Source: Heterodontus francisci | Lineage: Eukaryota | Length of the DNA: 64,000 bases | Reading direction: 5' to 3' | NCBI RefSeq assembly: GCF_036365525.1 | Contig: NC_090418.1 | Location: 7,356,304-7,420,303, forward strand | Part shown: in pieces, positions 49,694 to 61,677 of the stretch | How the letters are laid out: every line of letters starts with the position of its first letter | How positions within the stretch are numbered: position 1 is the first letter of the stretch | Translations under genes and position numbers: made by a program | Notes under the pieces: generated by a model | Databases searched by the model: none | What the model saw: only the letters and a program-made list of their open reading frames with translations | What the model was told of the DNA's origin: nothing

Positions 49694-52600
49694 CCGTGCA
49701 CTGTTCCGGTCTCCATAACACACTTGGAGCACCGTGCACAGTTCCAGTCTCCATATCACACTTGGAGCACCGTGCACAGTTCCAGTCTTCATATCACACT
49801 TGGAGCACTGTGCACAGTTCCAGTCTCCATATCACACTTGGAGCACCATGCACAGTTCCAGTCTCCATATCACACTTGGAGCACCATGCACAGCTCCAGT
49901 CTCCATATCACACTTGGAGCACCGTGCACAGTTCCGGACTCCATAATACACTTGGAGCACCATGCACAGTTCCAGTCTCCATAACACACTTGGAGCACCA
50001 TGCACAGTTCCAGTCTCCATATCACACTTGGAGCACCGTGCACTGTTCCGGTCTCCATAACACACTTGGAGCACCGTGCACAGTTCCAGTCTTCATATCA
50101 CACTTGGAGCACCATGCACAGTTCCAGTCTCCATATCACACTTGGAGCACCGTGCACTGTTCCGGTCTCCATAACACACTTGGAGCACCGTGCACAGTTC
50201 CAGTCTCCATATCACACTTGGAGCACCGTGCACAGTTCCAGTCTTCATATCACACTTGGAGCACTGTGCACAGTTCCAGTCTCCATATCACACTTGGAGC
50301 ACCATGCACAGTTCCAGTCTCCATATCACACTTGGAGCACCATGCACAGCTCCAGTCTCCATATCACACTTGGAGCACCGTGCACAGTTCCGGACTCCAT
50401 AATACACTTGGAGCACCATGCACAGTTCCAGTCTCCATAACACACTTGGAGCACCATGCACAGTTCCAGTCTCCATATCACACTTGGAGCACCGTGCACT
50501 GTTCCGGTCTCCATAACACACTTGGAGCACCGTGCACAGTTCCAGTCTTCATATCACACTTGGAGCACCATGCACAGTTCCAGTCTCCATATCACACTTG
50601 GAGCACCGTGCACTGTTCCGGTCTCCATAACACACTTGGAGCACCGTGCACAGTTCCAGTCTCCATATCACACTTGGAGCACCGTGCACTGTTCCGGTCT
50701 CCATAACACACTTGGAGCACCGTGCACAGTTCCAGTCTTCATATCACACTTGGAGCACCGTGTACAGTTCCGGTCTCCATATCACACTTGGAGCACCATG
50801 CACAGCTCCAGTCTCCATATCACACTTGGAGCACCGTGCACTGTTCCGGTCTCCATATCACACTTGGAGCACCATGCACAGTTCCAGTCTCCATATCACA
50901 CTTGGAGCACCATGCACAGCTCCAGTCTCCATATCACACTTGGAGCACCGTGCACAGTTCCGGACTCCATAATACACTTGGAGCACCATGCACAGTTCCA
51001 GTCTCCATATCACACTTGGAGCACCGTGCACAGTTCCAGTCTCCATATCATACTTGGAGCACCATGTACAGTTCCAGTCTCCATATCATACTTGGAGCAC
51101 CATGCACAGTTCCAGTCTCCATATCACACTTGGAGCACCATGCACAGTTCCAGTCTCCATATCACACTTGGAGCACCATGCACAGCTCCAGTCTCCATAT
51201 CACACTTGGAGCACCGTGCACAGTTCCGGACTCCATAATACACTTGGAGCACCATGCACAGTTCCAGTCTCCATATCACACTTGGAGCACCGTGCACAGT
51301 TCCAGTCTCCATATCATACTTGGAGCACCATGTACAGTTCCAGTCTCCATATCATACTTGGAGCACCGTGCACAGTTCCGGACTCCATAATACACTTTGA
51401 GCACCGTGCACAGTTCCAGTCTCCATATCACACTTGGAGCACCATGCACAGTTCCAGTCTCCATATCACACTTGGAGCACCGTGCACTGTTCCGGTCTCC
51501 ATAACACACTTGGAGCACCATGCACAGTTCCAGTCTCCATATCACACTTGGAGCACTGTGCACAGTTCCAGTCTCCATATCATACTTGGAGCACCATGCA
51601 CAGTTCCAGTCTCCATATCACACTTGGAGCACCATGCACAGCTCCAGTCTCCATATCACACTTGGAGCACCATGCACAGTTCCAGTCTCCATATCACACT
51701 TGGAGCACCATGCACAGCTCCAGTCTCCATATCACACTTGGAGCACCGTGCACAGTTCCGGACTCCATAATACACTTGGAGCACCATGCACAGTTCCAGT
51801 CTCCATATCACACTTGGAGCACCGTGCACAGTTCCAGTCTCCATATCATACTTGGAGCACCATGTACAGTTCCAGTCTCCATATCACACTTGGAGCACCG
51901 TGCACAGTTCCGGTCTCCATATCACACTTGGAGCACTGTGCACAGTTCCAGTCTCCATATCACACTTGGAGCACTGTGCACAGTTCCGGTCTCCATATCA
52001 CACTTGGAGCACCGTGCACAGTTCCGGTCTCCATATCACATTTGGAGCACTGTGCACAGTTCCAGTCTCCATATCACACTTGGAGCACTGTGCACAGTTC
52101 CGGTCTCCATATCACACTTGGAGCACCGTGCACAGTTCCAGTTTCCATATCACACTTGGAGCACCGTGCACAGTTCCAGTTTCCATATCACACTTGGAGC
52201 ACCGTGCACAGTTCCAGTTTCCATATCACACTTGGAGCACCGTGCACAGTTCCAGTCTCTATATCACACTTGGAGCACCGTGCACAGTTCCAGTCTCCAT
52301 ATCACACTTTGAGCACCGTGCACAGTTCCCTTCTCCATATCACACTTGGAGCACCGTGCACAGTTCCAGTTTCCATATCACACTTGGAGCACCGTGCACA
52401 GTTCCAGTCTCTATATCACACTTGGAGCACCGTGCACAGTTCCAGTCTCCATATCACACTTTGAGCACCGTGCACAGTTCCCTTCTCCATATCACACTTG
52501 GAGCACCGTGCACAGTTCCAGTTTCCATATCACACTTTGAGCACCGTGCACAGTTCCCTTCTCCATATCACACTTGGAGCACTGTGCACAGTTCCAGTCT

Positions 52601-54075
52601 CCATATCACACTTGGAGCACTGTGCACAGTTCCAGTCTCCATATCACACTTGGAGCACCGTGCACAGTTCCAGTCTCCATATCACACTTGGAGCACCGTG
52701 CACAGTTCCAGTCTCCATATCACACTTGGAGCACTGTGCACAGTTCCAGTCTCCATATCACACTTGGAGCACTGTGCACAGTTCCAGTCTCCATAACACA
52801 CTTGGAGCACCGTGCACAGTTCCCTTCTCCATATCACACTTGGAGCACCGTGCATAGTTCCAGTCTCCATATCACACTTGGAGCACCGTGCACAGTTCCC
52901 TTCTCCATATCACACTTGGAGCACTGTGCACAGTTCCAGTCTCCATATCACACTTGGAGCACCATGCACAGTTCCAGTCTCCATATCACACTTGGAGCAC
53001 TGTGCACAGTTCCGGACTCCATATCACACTTGGAGCACCATGCACAGTTCCAGTCTCCATATCACACTTGGAGCACCATGCACAGTTCCGATCTCCATAT
53101 CACACTTGGAGCACCGTGCACAGTTCCAGTCTCCATATCACACTTGGAGCACCGTGCACAGTTCCGATCTCCATATCACACTTGGAGCACTGTGTACAGT
53201 TCCGATCTCCATATCACATTTGGAGCACCGTGCACAGTTCCGGTCTCCATATCACACTTGGAGCACCGTGCACAGTTCCAGTTTCCATATCACACTTGGA
53301 GCACCGTGCACAGTTCCGATCTCCATATCACACTTGGAGCACCGTGCACAGTTCATGTCTCCATATCATACTTGGAGCACTGTGTACAGTTCCGATCTCC
53401 ATATCACATTTGGAGCACCGTGCACAGTTCCGGTCTCCATATCACACTTGGAGCACCGTGCACAGTTCCGGACTCCATATCACACTTGGAGCACTGTGTA
53501 CAGTTCCGATCTCCATATCACATTTGGAGCACCGTGCACAGTTCCGGACTCCATATCACACTTGGAGCACCGTGCACAGTTCCGATCTCCATATCACATT
53601 TGGAGCACCGTGCACAGTTCCGGTCTCCATATCACACTTGGAGCACCGTGCACAGTTCCGGACTCCATATCACACTTGGAGCACTGTGTACAGTTCCGAT
53701 CTCCATATCACATTTGGAGCACCGTGCACAGTTCCGGACTCCATATCACACTTGGAGCACCGTGCACAGTTCCGATCTCCATATCACACTTGGAGCACCG
53801 TGCACAGTTCCGGACTCCATATCACACTTGGAGTACTGTGTACAGTTCCAGTCTCCATATCACACTTGGAGCACCGTGCACAGTTCCAGTCTCCATATCA
53901 CACTTGGAGCACCGTGCACAGTTCCAGTCTCCATATCACACTTGGAGCACTGTGTACAGTTCCAGTCTCCATATCACACTTGGAGCACCGTGCACCCGGA
54001 CTCCACATCACACTTGGAGCACTGTGCACAGTTCCGATCTCCTATCACACTTGGAGCACCGTGCACAGTTCTGGT
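49694..54075. repeat. 38-bp minisatellite, about 115 copies, derived from CR1 ORF2
   Basis: Unit CACACTTGGAGCACCGTGCACAGTTCCAGTCTCCATAT; higher-order 456-bp and 266-bp periodicities visible in ORF offsets. Confidence 0.95.
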
Positions 54076-54179
54076 CCCAATATTACCATTGGAATGCTGT
54101 GCACTGGATAAGGTGATTCACAAGGATGATACCAGAACTGAGCGGTTCTAGAAACAATAATTCGGTACCAAATCAGTAG

Positions 54180-55620
54180 TCACATGGGCAAACGCAGGTT
54201 AATTCACAAAAGCCAGCACGGTTTTGTTCATAGAAAATCGTGTTTAACTAACATGCTGGAGTTTATTGAAGAGGTAACAGAGAGGGTTGATGAGGGCAAT
54301 GCTGTTGTTGCGGTGTACATCAACTTTCAAATGTTGTTTGATGCAATGTGGCACAACAGACTTGTGAGCAAAGTTATAGCTCATGAAAGAAAAGGGATGG
54401 TAGCAACAAGGATACGAAATTGGCTGAGTGACAGGAAACAGAGAGTAGTGGTTAATGGATGTTCTTCGGGCTGGAGGAAGGTTTGTAGTGGAGTTCCCCA
54501 ATGGTCAGTGTTGGGACCCTTGCTTTTCCTGATATATATTAATGACCTAGACCTTGGTGTACAGGGTACAATTTCAAAAGTTGCAGATGATATGAAACTT
54601 GGAAGAATTGTGAACTGTGAGGAGGATAGTGTGTAACTTCAAAGGGGCATAGACAAGCTGGTGAAATGGGCAGACAGGTGGCAGATGAAGTTCAATTCAG
54701 AGAAATGCAAAGTGATTCATTTTGGTAGGAAGAACATGGAGAGACAATATAAAATAAAGGGTACAATTCTAAAGGGGGTGCAGGAGCAGAGGGACCTAGA
54801 TGTATATGTGCATAAGTCATTGAAAGTGGCAGGACAGGTTGAGAGAGTGGTTAATTAAGCCTACAGTATCCTGGGCTTTATTAATAGGGGCATAGAGTAC
54901 AAGAGCAAGGAAGTTATATTGAACTTGTATAAGACACGAGTTCGGCCTCAGCTGGAGTATTGCGTCCAGTTCTGGGCACTGCACTTTAGGAAAGACGTGA
55001 AGGCGTAGGAGAGAGTACAGAAAAGATTCACGAGAATGGTTCCAGGGATGAGGAATTTCAGTTATGAGGATAGATTGGAGAAGTTGGAACTGTTTTCCTT
55101 GGAGAAGGGAAGGATGAGGTGATTTAATGGAGGTGTTCAAAATCATGAGGGGTCTGGACAGAGTAGCTCGGGAAAAACCGAAAGGTCTGAGAACGAGAGG
55201 GCACAGATTTAAAGTGATTGACAAAAGAAGATAAAACACACAAGGAAAATCTTTTTCATGTAGCGAGTGGTTAGGATCTGGAATGCACTGCCTGAGAGTG
55301 TGGCGGAGACAGGTTCAATCAAGGCTTTATAAAGGGAATTAGACTGTTATCCGAAAAGGAAGAATGTACAGGGTTATGGGGCGAAGGCGGGTGAATGGCA
55401 CTAGGTGAATATTCGGAGAGCTAGTGCGTGGTTAAAGATCTACGTTTTTCTCATATGGAACGAGACTCCCCGTCCTTCGATATATTTGCATAAGTAGATG
55501 TGAAACGCATTTCACACCTTGAAGGTGGTGCATCGCTTAAAGCTAAGCTGACTGGAAGATGGGTTTGATGCAGAGCTCTGGTTAAAATTACAATGGGCCG
55601 TAACAATTCTGTGATTCTGT
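54180..55620 (+). mobile_element. CR1 RT and 3' end, degraded
   Basis: SQHGFVHRKSCLTN, PQWSVLGP, VADDMK; further CR1 3' ends at 55620-56070 and 56590-56860. Confidence 0.9.
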
Positions 55621-57146
55621 AAGATCTATCAGGAAAGATTGAACAGACTTAGCCTCTGTTCTCTAGAAAAGAGAAGCCTGGCTTGTGACCTGTTCGATGT
55701 CTTTAAGTTTCTGAACGGGTTTAATGGGATTAACGTAGGGAAGATGTTTCCCCTTGTGGCCGAGACCAGAACTCGGGGGCCATAAATATAAGACAGTCCC
55801 TAATAAAGTCAATAGGGGAATTCAGGAGAAACCTCTTTCCCCAGAGAGTGGTGAGAATGTGGAACTCGCTCCCACAGGGAGTGGCTAAGGCGAATTGTAT
55901 TGATACATTTAAGGGGGAAGATGGATAAACACATGAGGGAGAAAGGAATAAAAGGAGATGCTGATAGGGTGAGATGAAGTAGGGGTGGGAGGAGGTTCAT
56001 GTGGAGCATTAACACCAGCACGGAGAAGGTGGGCCGAATGGCCTGTTACTGTGCTGAAGCTTCTACGTAATGTAGAATTCTGCACATTCTAACAGAAGTG
56101 AGCGGCTCTGACCATTTTAACCAGAGCTCTGTATCAAACCCAACTTCCAGTCAGCTTAGCTTTAAGCGATGCACCACATTCAAGGTGTGAAATGCGTTTC
56201 ACACCTGCTTAGGCAAATGTATCGAAGGAACAGGAGGTTTAATTGCACTCTCGTTCCATATGAGAAAAACGTAGATCTTTAACCACGCTTTATGTGGAAG
56301 CTGTTACCAAGAAGAAGCAGATCAGTAATCGTACACCGCAGAACTGTACAAATTACTAAAACTTCCAGTAATACTGGTCGAAGTGGGCGCTAGTGTTTCA
56401 TTTGATAATTACAGCCTTAACCACAGCCTGCAATTGCCATTAGTCACTGCTACAGGACAGAATTGGGACTCAATGAGTGGAGTATTAGAAAACAAAGAGA
56501 AAAAAAAAACACTTACATTTGTATAGCACCTCTGCCAACCTCAGCATGCTTGACGACCAACATAGCACTTTCGGAAGTGTTGTCACTGTTAACCATTTAG
56601 GACTGAGATGAGAAGTTACTTTGCTCAACGGGTTGCGAATCTTTGGAATTCTCTACCCCCAGAGGGTTGTGGATGCTCAGTCCTTGAGTATATTCAAGAC
56701 TGCTAGAGATCGATGTTTGGGCACTGAGGAGAATCGAGGGGATATGGCGGGCGAGCGGGCGGGAAAGTGGCTGAATATCAGCCATGATTATATTAAATGG
56801 CGGAGCAGGCTCGATGGGCCGTATGGTCTACTCCTGCGCCTATTTCTTGTGGTCTTCTAATGTAGGAAACGGAATGGCCAATTTGCACACAGCAAGCTCC
56901 CACAAACAGCGATGTGATAATGACCAGATAATCTGTCTTTGTGATCTTGGTCGAGGTAGAAATATTGGCCCCAGGACACTGGTGCAGAGCTCACCCCTGC
57001 TCTCCTTTGAGACTTTTATACCTACCCAAACAGGGCACTGTTTAACGTCTCATTCGGAAGTCGGCACCTCCGACCACGCGGCACTCCCTCAGTACTGCAC
57101 AGGGAGGGTCAGCCTGGATTGTGGCACTGCAGTTTCTGGAGTGGGA

Positions 57147-57308
57147 NNNNNNNNNNNNNNNNNNNNNNNNNNNNNNNNNNNNNNNNNNNNNNNNNNNNNN
57201 NNNNNNNNNNNNNNNNNNNNNNNNNNNNNNNNNNNNNNNNNNNNNNNNNNNNNNNNNNNNNNNNNNNNNNNNNNNNNNNNNNNNNNNNNNNNNNNNNNNN
57301 NNNNNNNN
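57147..57308. other. Assembly gap
   Basis: Run of N. Confidence 0.99.
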
Positions 57309-57422
57309 AGTCCCCACAGAGCACAGCGATTGGGATTCTGACGACGACGAGGCAGTTTCCACTTCATGAAGCTCTGTGAGAATTGATGAAACTCATGTGA
57401 GGAACATGAAATGATAATTTTC

Positions 57423-57428
57423 TTTATT
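57423..57428 (-). terminator. Candidate polyadenylation signal of gene 2
   Basis: AATAAA on the minus strand about 130 nt after the stop at 57556. Confidence 0.5.
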
Positions 57429-57555
57429 CCCAATAAGGGATGGAAAGGACATAAGAAATAGGGGCAGGACGAGGCCATTCAACAAGAGCACAGTTGATCT
57501 TCTACCTCATTTCTCGTCTTTGCTGAGTTTTCCTGGAGCTTGGCGTTCCCACTCT

Positions 57556-57644
57556 TCACAGGATAGTCGCGATGGTGAGGAGGAGCATGGTTACAAAGTA
57601 TTGACAGTACCTTCCAAGTGTGCATTCAGCACCGCTGGTTGCCC
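57556..57644 (-). CDS. Gene 2 last exon: GPI-signal-like C-terminus GATSGAECTLGRYCQYFVTMLLLTIATIL*
   Basis: Acceptor CCTTTGCTCGACAG|, phase 1; small-residue cluster (S-G-A), spacer, hydrophobic end, stop, no cytoplasmic tail. Confidence 0.75.
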
Positions 57645-58921
57645 CTGTCGAGCAAAGGTAAGCACAAGGCATTAAAGCACAAATTGGATCGACCCACAAT
57701 CATTTCAAGTATTGCATTACCTTGTGCCAAGTATCTATGTTGCAAACCCAATGCCGTTGGTTTTAGTCGGCATCCCAGGGTCCTCCTCTCATGCTTTCCC
57801 CGCAAGACCCCCAGACTATCTCCCACTCCCACCCCTGCCTCCCCCTGTCGCCACACCTTTCCGCTCAGTCCGACTGCCCCTGCACCCTTTCTCCATTCCA
57901 TTCTCCCCAAATCTCCCACCCACACCCTGCCAAGACCCCACTGAAGCATGGCTCGGGAATAGGGGATTCAGAAATCGCAGTGGTGGGCTGGAAATGAGGC
58001 CTTGGAGAGTTGGGGTGATGGGGGGGGGGAACAATCCATGGGGAAACGGCACGGAGGGACTGGAATTGAGTGGGACGGTTTATGGCGGGGCCGCGGGGGG
58101 AATGGGAGGGGGTGGCGCCAGGACGGGCACAAATGCTCCTTCTGATCCCGCAAAGTTTTAATTCCCGCCTTTTTCAGAGCTGCCCTCCGGTGGTTGCTTT
58201 GAGGCCTGCTAGTGAGGCCCAGGTCTATGCCAGTGTACCAACTGGTGGTGCTCTGGCACTCACTGCACTGTCCTGCAGCCACCCTGGTGCCTGGGAAACA
58301 GCGGGGGGGATGGAAAGGCGAGAAGACTCCCTCACTGTTCCCTGACTACGTTCCCACCCAAAAACAAGGGATGTCAATCAGACCAACCATGTGGCCTCAA
58401 AATAGGGGCCTCACCATCCCATTAGCAACAGACTATGTGGTGGCGGCCATCTTGAAAAGGGCCTTCAGCCTGGGCTGTCCAGAGTGCCTGTCTGATTCAG
58501 GCAATAGGCCCTGGAAATTGGGTCCTTAAGATGTAACTGGAACCTCCTGATTGCCATTTTAAGTAGAAATTAATCTGATACCTGCACTGTGCAAGCCATG
58601 ACCAGTTCTGCAGGCAACGGATGACAAGCGACGCCAGGCCCCTCCGCAATTGCGCCCACCACACTCCTCCCCCACCCCCACCCCCCCCCACCCCCACCCC
58701 ACGCCCCACAATCGAATTGGTTGCTTTTCAGTTCCAGCCCAGTTTCTCGGCTCGCCGGTCAAAAGTCGAATGAGGCCAGCCCCTCAAAATGGTGGAGGCC
58801 GGGGCCTCAAAATGGCTGCCGGGAATAGGCCTTAAAGTCAAAACCAGCTCTGTGTGTTGATTTTTGAGGAGCGCGTTGAATTGTCAAGGATAAATCGAAG
58901 AGGGACTCAAATCAGATTTAC

Positions 58922-59248
58922 CTGCGACCATGAAGCTCACGCATCCCTTCAGTCGTGTGGTGTGGTCTCCAAGGCAACATTCGTAGGGGCCTACTTGGGT
59001 GGCGTTGGGGCCTGGCACCCATCGGGTGACGGTCCCATTGGCAACTCTCGGTATGACTGTGCAATTCTCAGCCCGGAGTTCTTCTGTCAGCTCCCCTTTG
59101 CTCTGTGCAGGGAGGTAGTCAGATGAACCACGCCTACAGCTACAAGACGTTGGGTTGAAGCACTTTGGGTTAAAGTTCCATTGGAGATTCAGTTCTTCCC
59201 CTGCCTTCGCCGTTACCTGCGAGGGCGTTGCCCGGACGACATCTGCAC
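58922..59248 (-). CDS. Gene 2 exon: atypical Cys-rich Ig-like domain 2
   Basis: Acceptor CCCCGTTTCTAG|, donor CAG|GTAAAT, 327 nt, phase 1-1, open; VTAKAGEELNLQW and GPYEC; 7 Cys. Confidence 0.8.
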
Positions 59249-59824
59249 CTAGAAACGGGGGAAAACGACAGGGCATCATGGGCAGGTAGGCTCGGTGCAT
59301 CTGAAGGCAGTGCTAATAATCGGAGGCCATTCAGCCCCTCTGTGCCGGGTCTGTTAAAGAGCAGTCCAGTTAGTCCCACACCCCCACTCTCCTTATCCCT
59401 GCAAATTTTTATTTTTCCCATCAAATATTTATCCAATCCCCTTTTGAAAGCCCCGATTGAACCTGCCTCCAGCACACTCACAGGCAGCGCATTCCAGAGC
59501 CTAACTACTCGCTACACAAAGACATTTTTCCTCATGTCCCCCTCTGATTCTTTTACCTTAAATCGGTGCCCTCTGGTTATCGACGCTTCAGCCACTGAAA
59601 ACAGCTCCTCTCGGTCCACCCTGTCAAAACCCTTCAAGATTTTGAAGGCCACGATCAAACCTGCCCTTCACTTTCTAAGGAAAAGATCCCAGTTTTCCAA
59701 GCCTCTGCACGTCACTGAAATCTTTCACCTAGAAAGGCTTTGCGCTGCAGGCGAGCTCCGCGCTATGCCCCTTTAAGCGTCGGCATGGTAACAACATGTC
59801 CTGTGACCTTTTAAATCCCCTTAC

Positions 59825-60181
59825 CTTGATTGACTTCCAGCGATACCTCAGAGCAAATTTGACTTTTCAAGCTGGGGTTTAAACGAATATAACAGACGTA
59901 TGTCCCACTGTCTGTTGTCGTGACATCCTTGAGAGTGAGACTGGGATTTTTCTTCTTATGCCACTCTGGCTGCAGTCCAGTCCTGTGATGGTAGAGGATG
60001 TTCTGGTTGCTGCCGATGGCTTCTCCTGGGTGTTCAAAGACCACCAAGTCATCACCTGCGATTTTTTTCTGCCAGGTGACTCTTGGCTGCTTATCTTCAC
60101 CAGTAAATTGACAGGGAAGAACAACAGTGTCCCCACATACAGCCTGCGTCACGGAGTGGGTCTTGCGACACACAGACTGAC
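59825..60181 (-). CDS. Gene 2 Ig V-set exon, B7/butyrophilin-family-like
   Basis: Acceptor TTCCGTAG|, donor AAG|GTAAGG, 357 nt, phase 1-1; GDTVVLPC, WQK..LVV, QNILYHHRT, NPSLTLKDV..DSGTYVC. Confidence 0.92.
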
Positions 60182-60289
60182 CTACGGAATGAATGCACTC
60201 GGGTCAATACATACCCTCAGCCATGATCCTCTTGTCACAGACCCGAATGCCAGACAGTACAATGCACCACACCATTAACATACCGTTTG

Positions 60290-60515
60290 CTCCATGACCT
60301 TCTGGTCAGTTATTCTCCGTGACCTTGTCCTATCAACACCTTCTCTTTTGTTATTACTTGCCCCACCCCCGCTTTACTTGCTTAAAACCTTTTACATTTC
60401 TAATATCTGCCAGTTCTGATGAAGGGTCACTGAGCTGAAACGTTAACTCTGCTTCTCTCTCCACAGATGCTGCCAGAACTGCTGAGAACTTCCAGCATTT
60501 CTTTTTTTTATTTTA
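60290..60515 (+). mobile_element. Penelope-like element terminal (pLTR) fragment with minimal hammerhead ribozyme motif
   Basis: AGTT-CTGATGA-AGGGTCACTGAGCT-GAAAC-GTTA-ACT at 60412-60448. Confidence 0.65.
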
Positions 60516-60656
60516 GTACAATGCAAAAACTAGGTTCTGGAACATTAAAGCTAAACACCTTTAAACAGTCAGTGCCCTCGCCATTAAGTCAGGGTTTTGA
60601 GGGTGCGAGCCCCATCTTCGGAGACTTGAGCAGATAATACAGAGCAACTTTCCCAG

Positions 60657-61200
60657 TTCAGTACTGAGGGAGTGCTGCACTGTCAGAGGGTCAGTACTGA
60701 GGGAGTGCTGCACTGTCAGAGGGTCAGTACTGAGGGAGTGCTGCACTGTCAGAGGGCAGTACTGAGGGAGTGCTACACTGTCAGAGGGTCAGTACTGAGG
60801 GAGTGCTACAATGTCGGAGGGGCAGTACTGAAAGGCTGCTGCACTGTCGGAGGGTCAGTACTGAGGGTGTGCTGCAAATTTTGGAGGGTTGTACTGAGGG
60901 AGCATCGTAATGAGATCGCGCTGCACTGTCGGAGAGTCAGTACAGAGGGAGCGCTGCACTGTCGGAGAGTCAGTACAGAGGGAGCGCTGCACTGGCGGAG
61001 AGTCAGTACAGAGGGAGCGCTGCACTGTCGGAGAGTCAGTACAGAGGGAGCGCTGCACTGTCGGAGAGTCAGTACAGAGGGAGCGCTGCACTGTTGGAGA
61101 GTCAGTAGAGAGGGAGTGCTGCACTGTTGGAGAGTCAGTACAGAGGGAGCGCTGCACTGTTGGAGAGTCAGTAGAGAGGGAGTGCTGCACTGTTGGAGTT
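60657..61200. repeat. About 33-bp tandem repeat expanded inside a SINE
   Basis: Unit AGTACTGAGGGAGTGCTGCACTGTCAGAGGGTC; single-copy form occurs in SINEs at 34164 and 57060-57100. Confidence 0.9.
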
Positions 61201-61284
61201 GCCACCTTCTGAATGAGATATAAACACACGCCACCTGCTGGGGTGGATGCAAGAGATCCCCTCGCCATTAGTTCATAGGGAGAG

Positions 61285-61545
61285 ATTTACTCTGTATCTA
61301 ACCCTGTTTTTTATAGAATATCAGATACCCGGGAGTGAGTTACAGGCTGGAATATAGTTGAGTGATTTGGGAGTGTTCAATGGGGACAGTGTAGAGAGAG
61401 CTTTACTCTGTATCTAACCCCCGTGCTGTACCTGTCCTGGGAGTGTTTGATGGAGACAGTGTAGAGGGAGCTTTACTCTGTATCTAACCCCCGTGCTGTA
61501 CCTGTCTTGGGAGTGTTTGATGGAGACAGTGTAGAGGGAGCTTTG
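61285..61545. repeat. 70-bp satellite units
   Basis: Same unit as 30886-31157. Confidence 0.88.
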
Positions 61546-61607
61546 TTGAACAGAACCTTTAGTAACTATTTAAAGTGAAGACATTCTCCATATAGACCGC
61601 ATCTTAC

Positions 61608-61677
61608 CAACACACAACTGAGGCATCCAAAGCAGCAGCAGCAGAAACTGATAGTAGATCCCTGACGAGTAGCTCAT
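61608..61677 (-). CDS. Gene 2 signal-peptide exon MSYSSGIYYQFLLLLLWMPQLCV(G)
   Basis: Hydrophobic leader, phase-1 donor TTG|GTAAGA; upstream acceptor TGTTTCAG| at 61696 implies a 5'-UTR exon. Confidence 0.85.

Noticed and set aside
49694-54075. CRISPR-like array or long His/Cys-rich ORFs
   Set aside because: Units are head-to-tail with no unique spacers and no cas genes; ORFs appear in all frames because the 38-bp unit mostly lacks stops
59825-60181. Assigning HHLA2, CD276, VTCN1 or NCR3LG1
   Set aside because: Only family-level motifs are visible, and domain 2 and the C-terminus do not match these architectures
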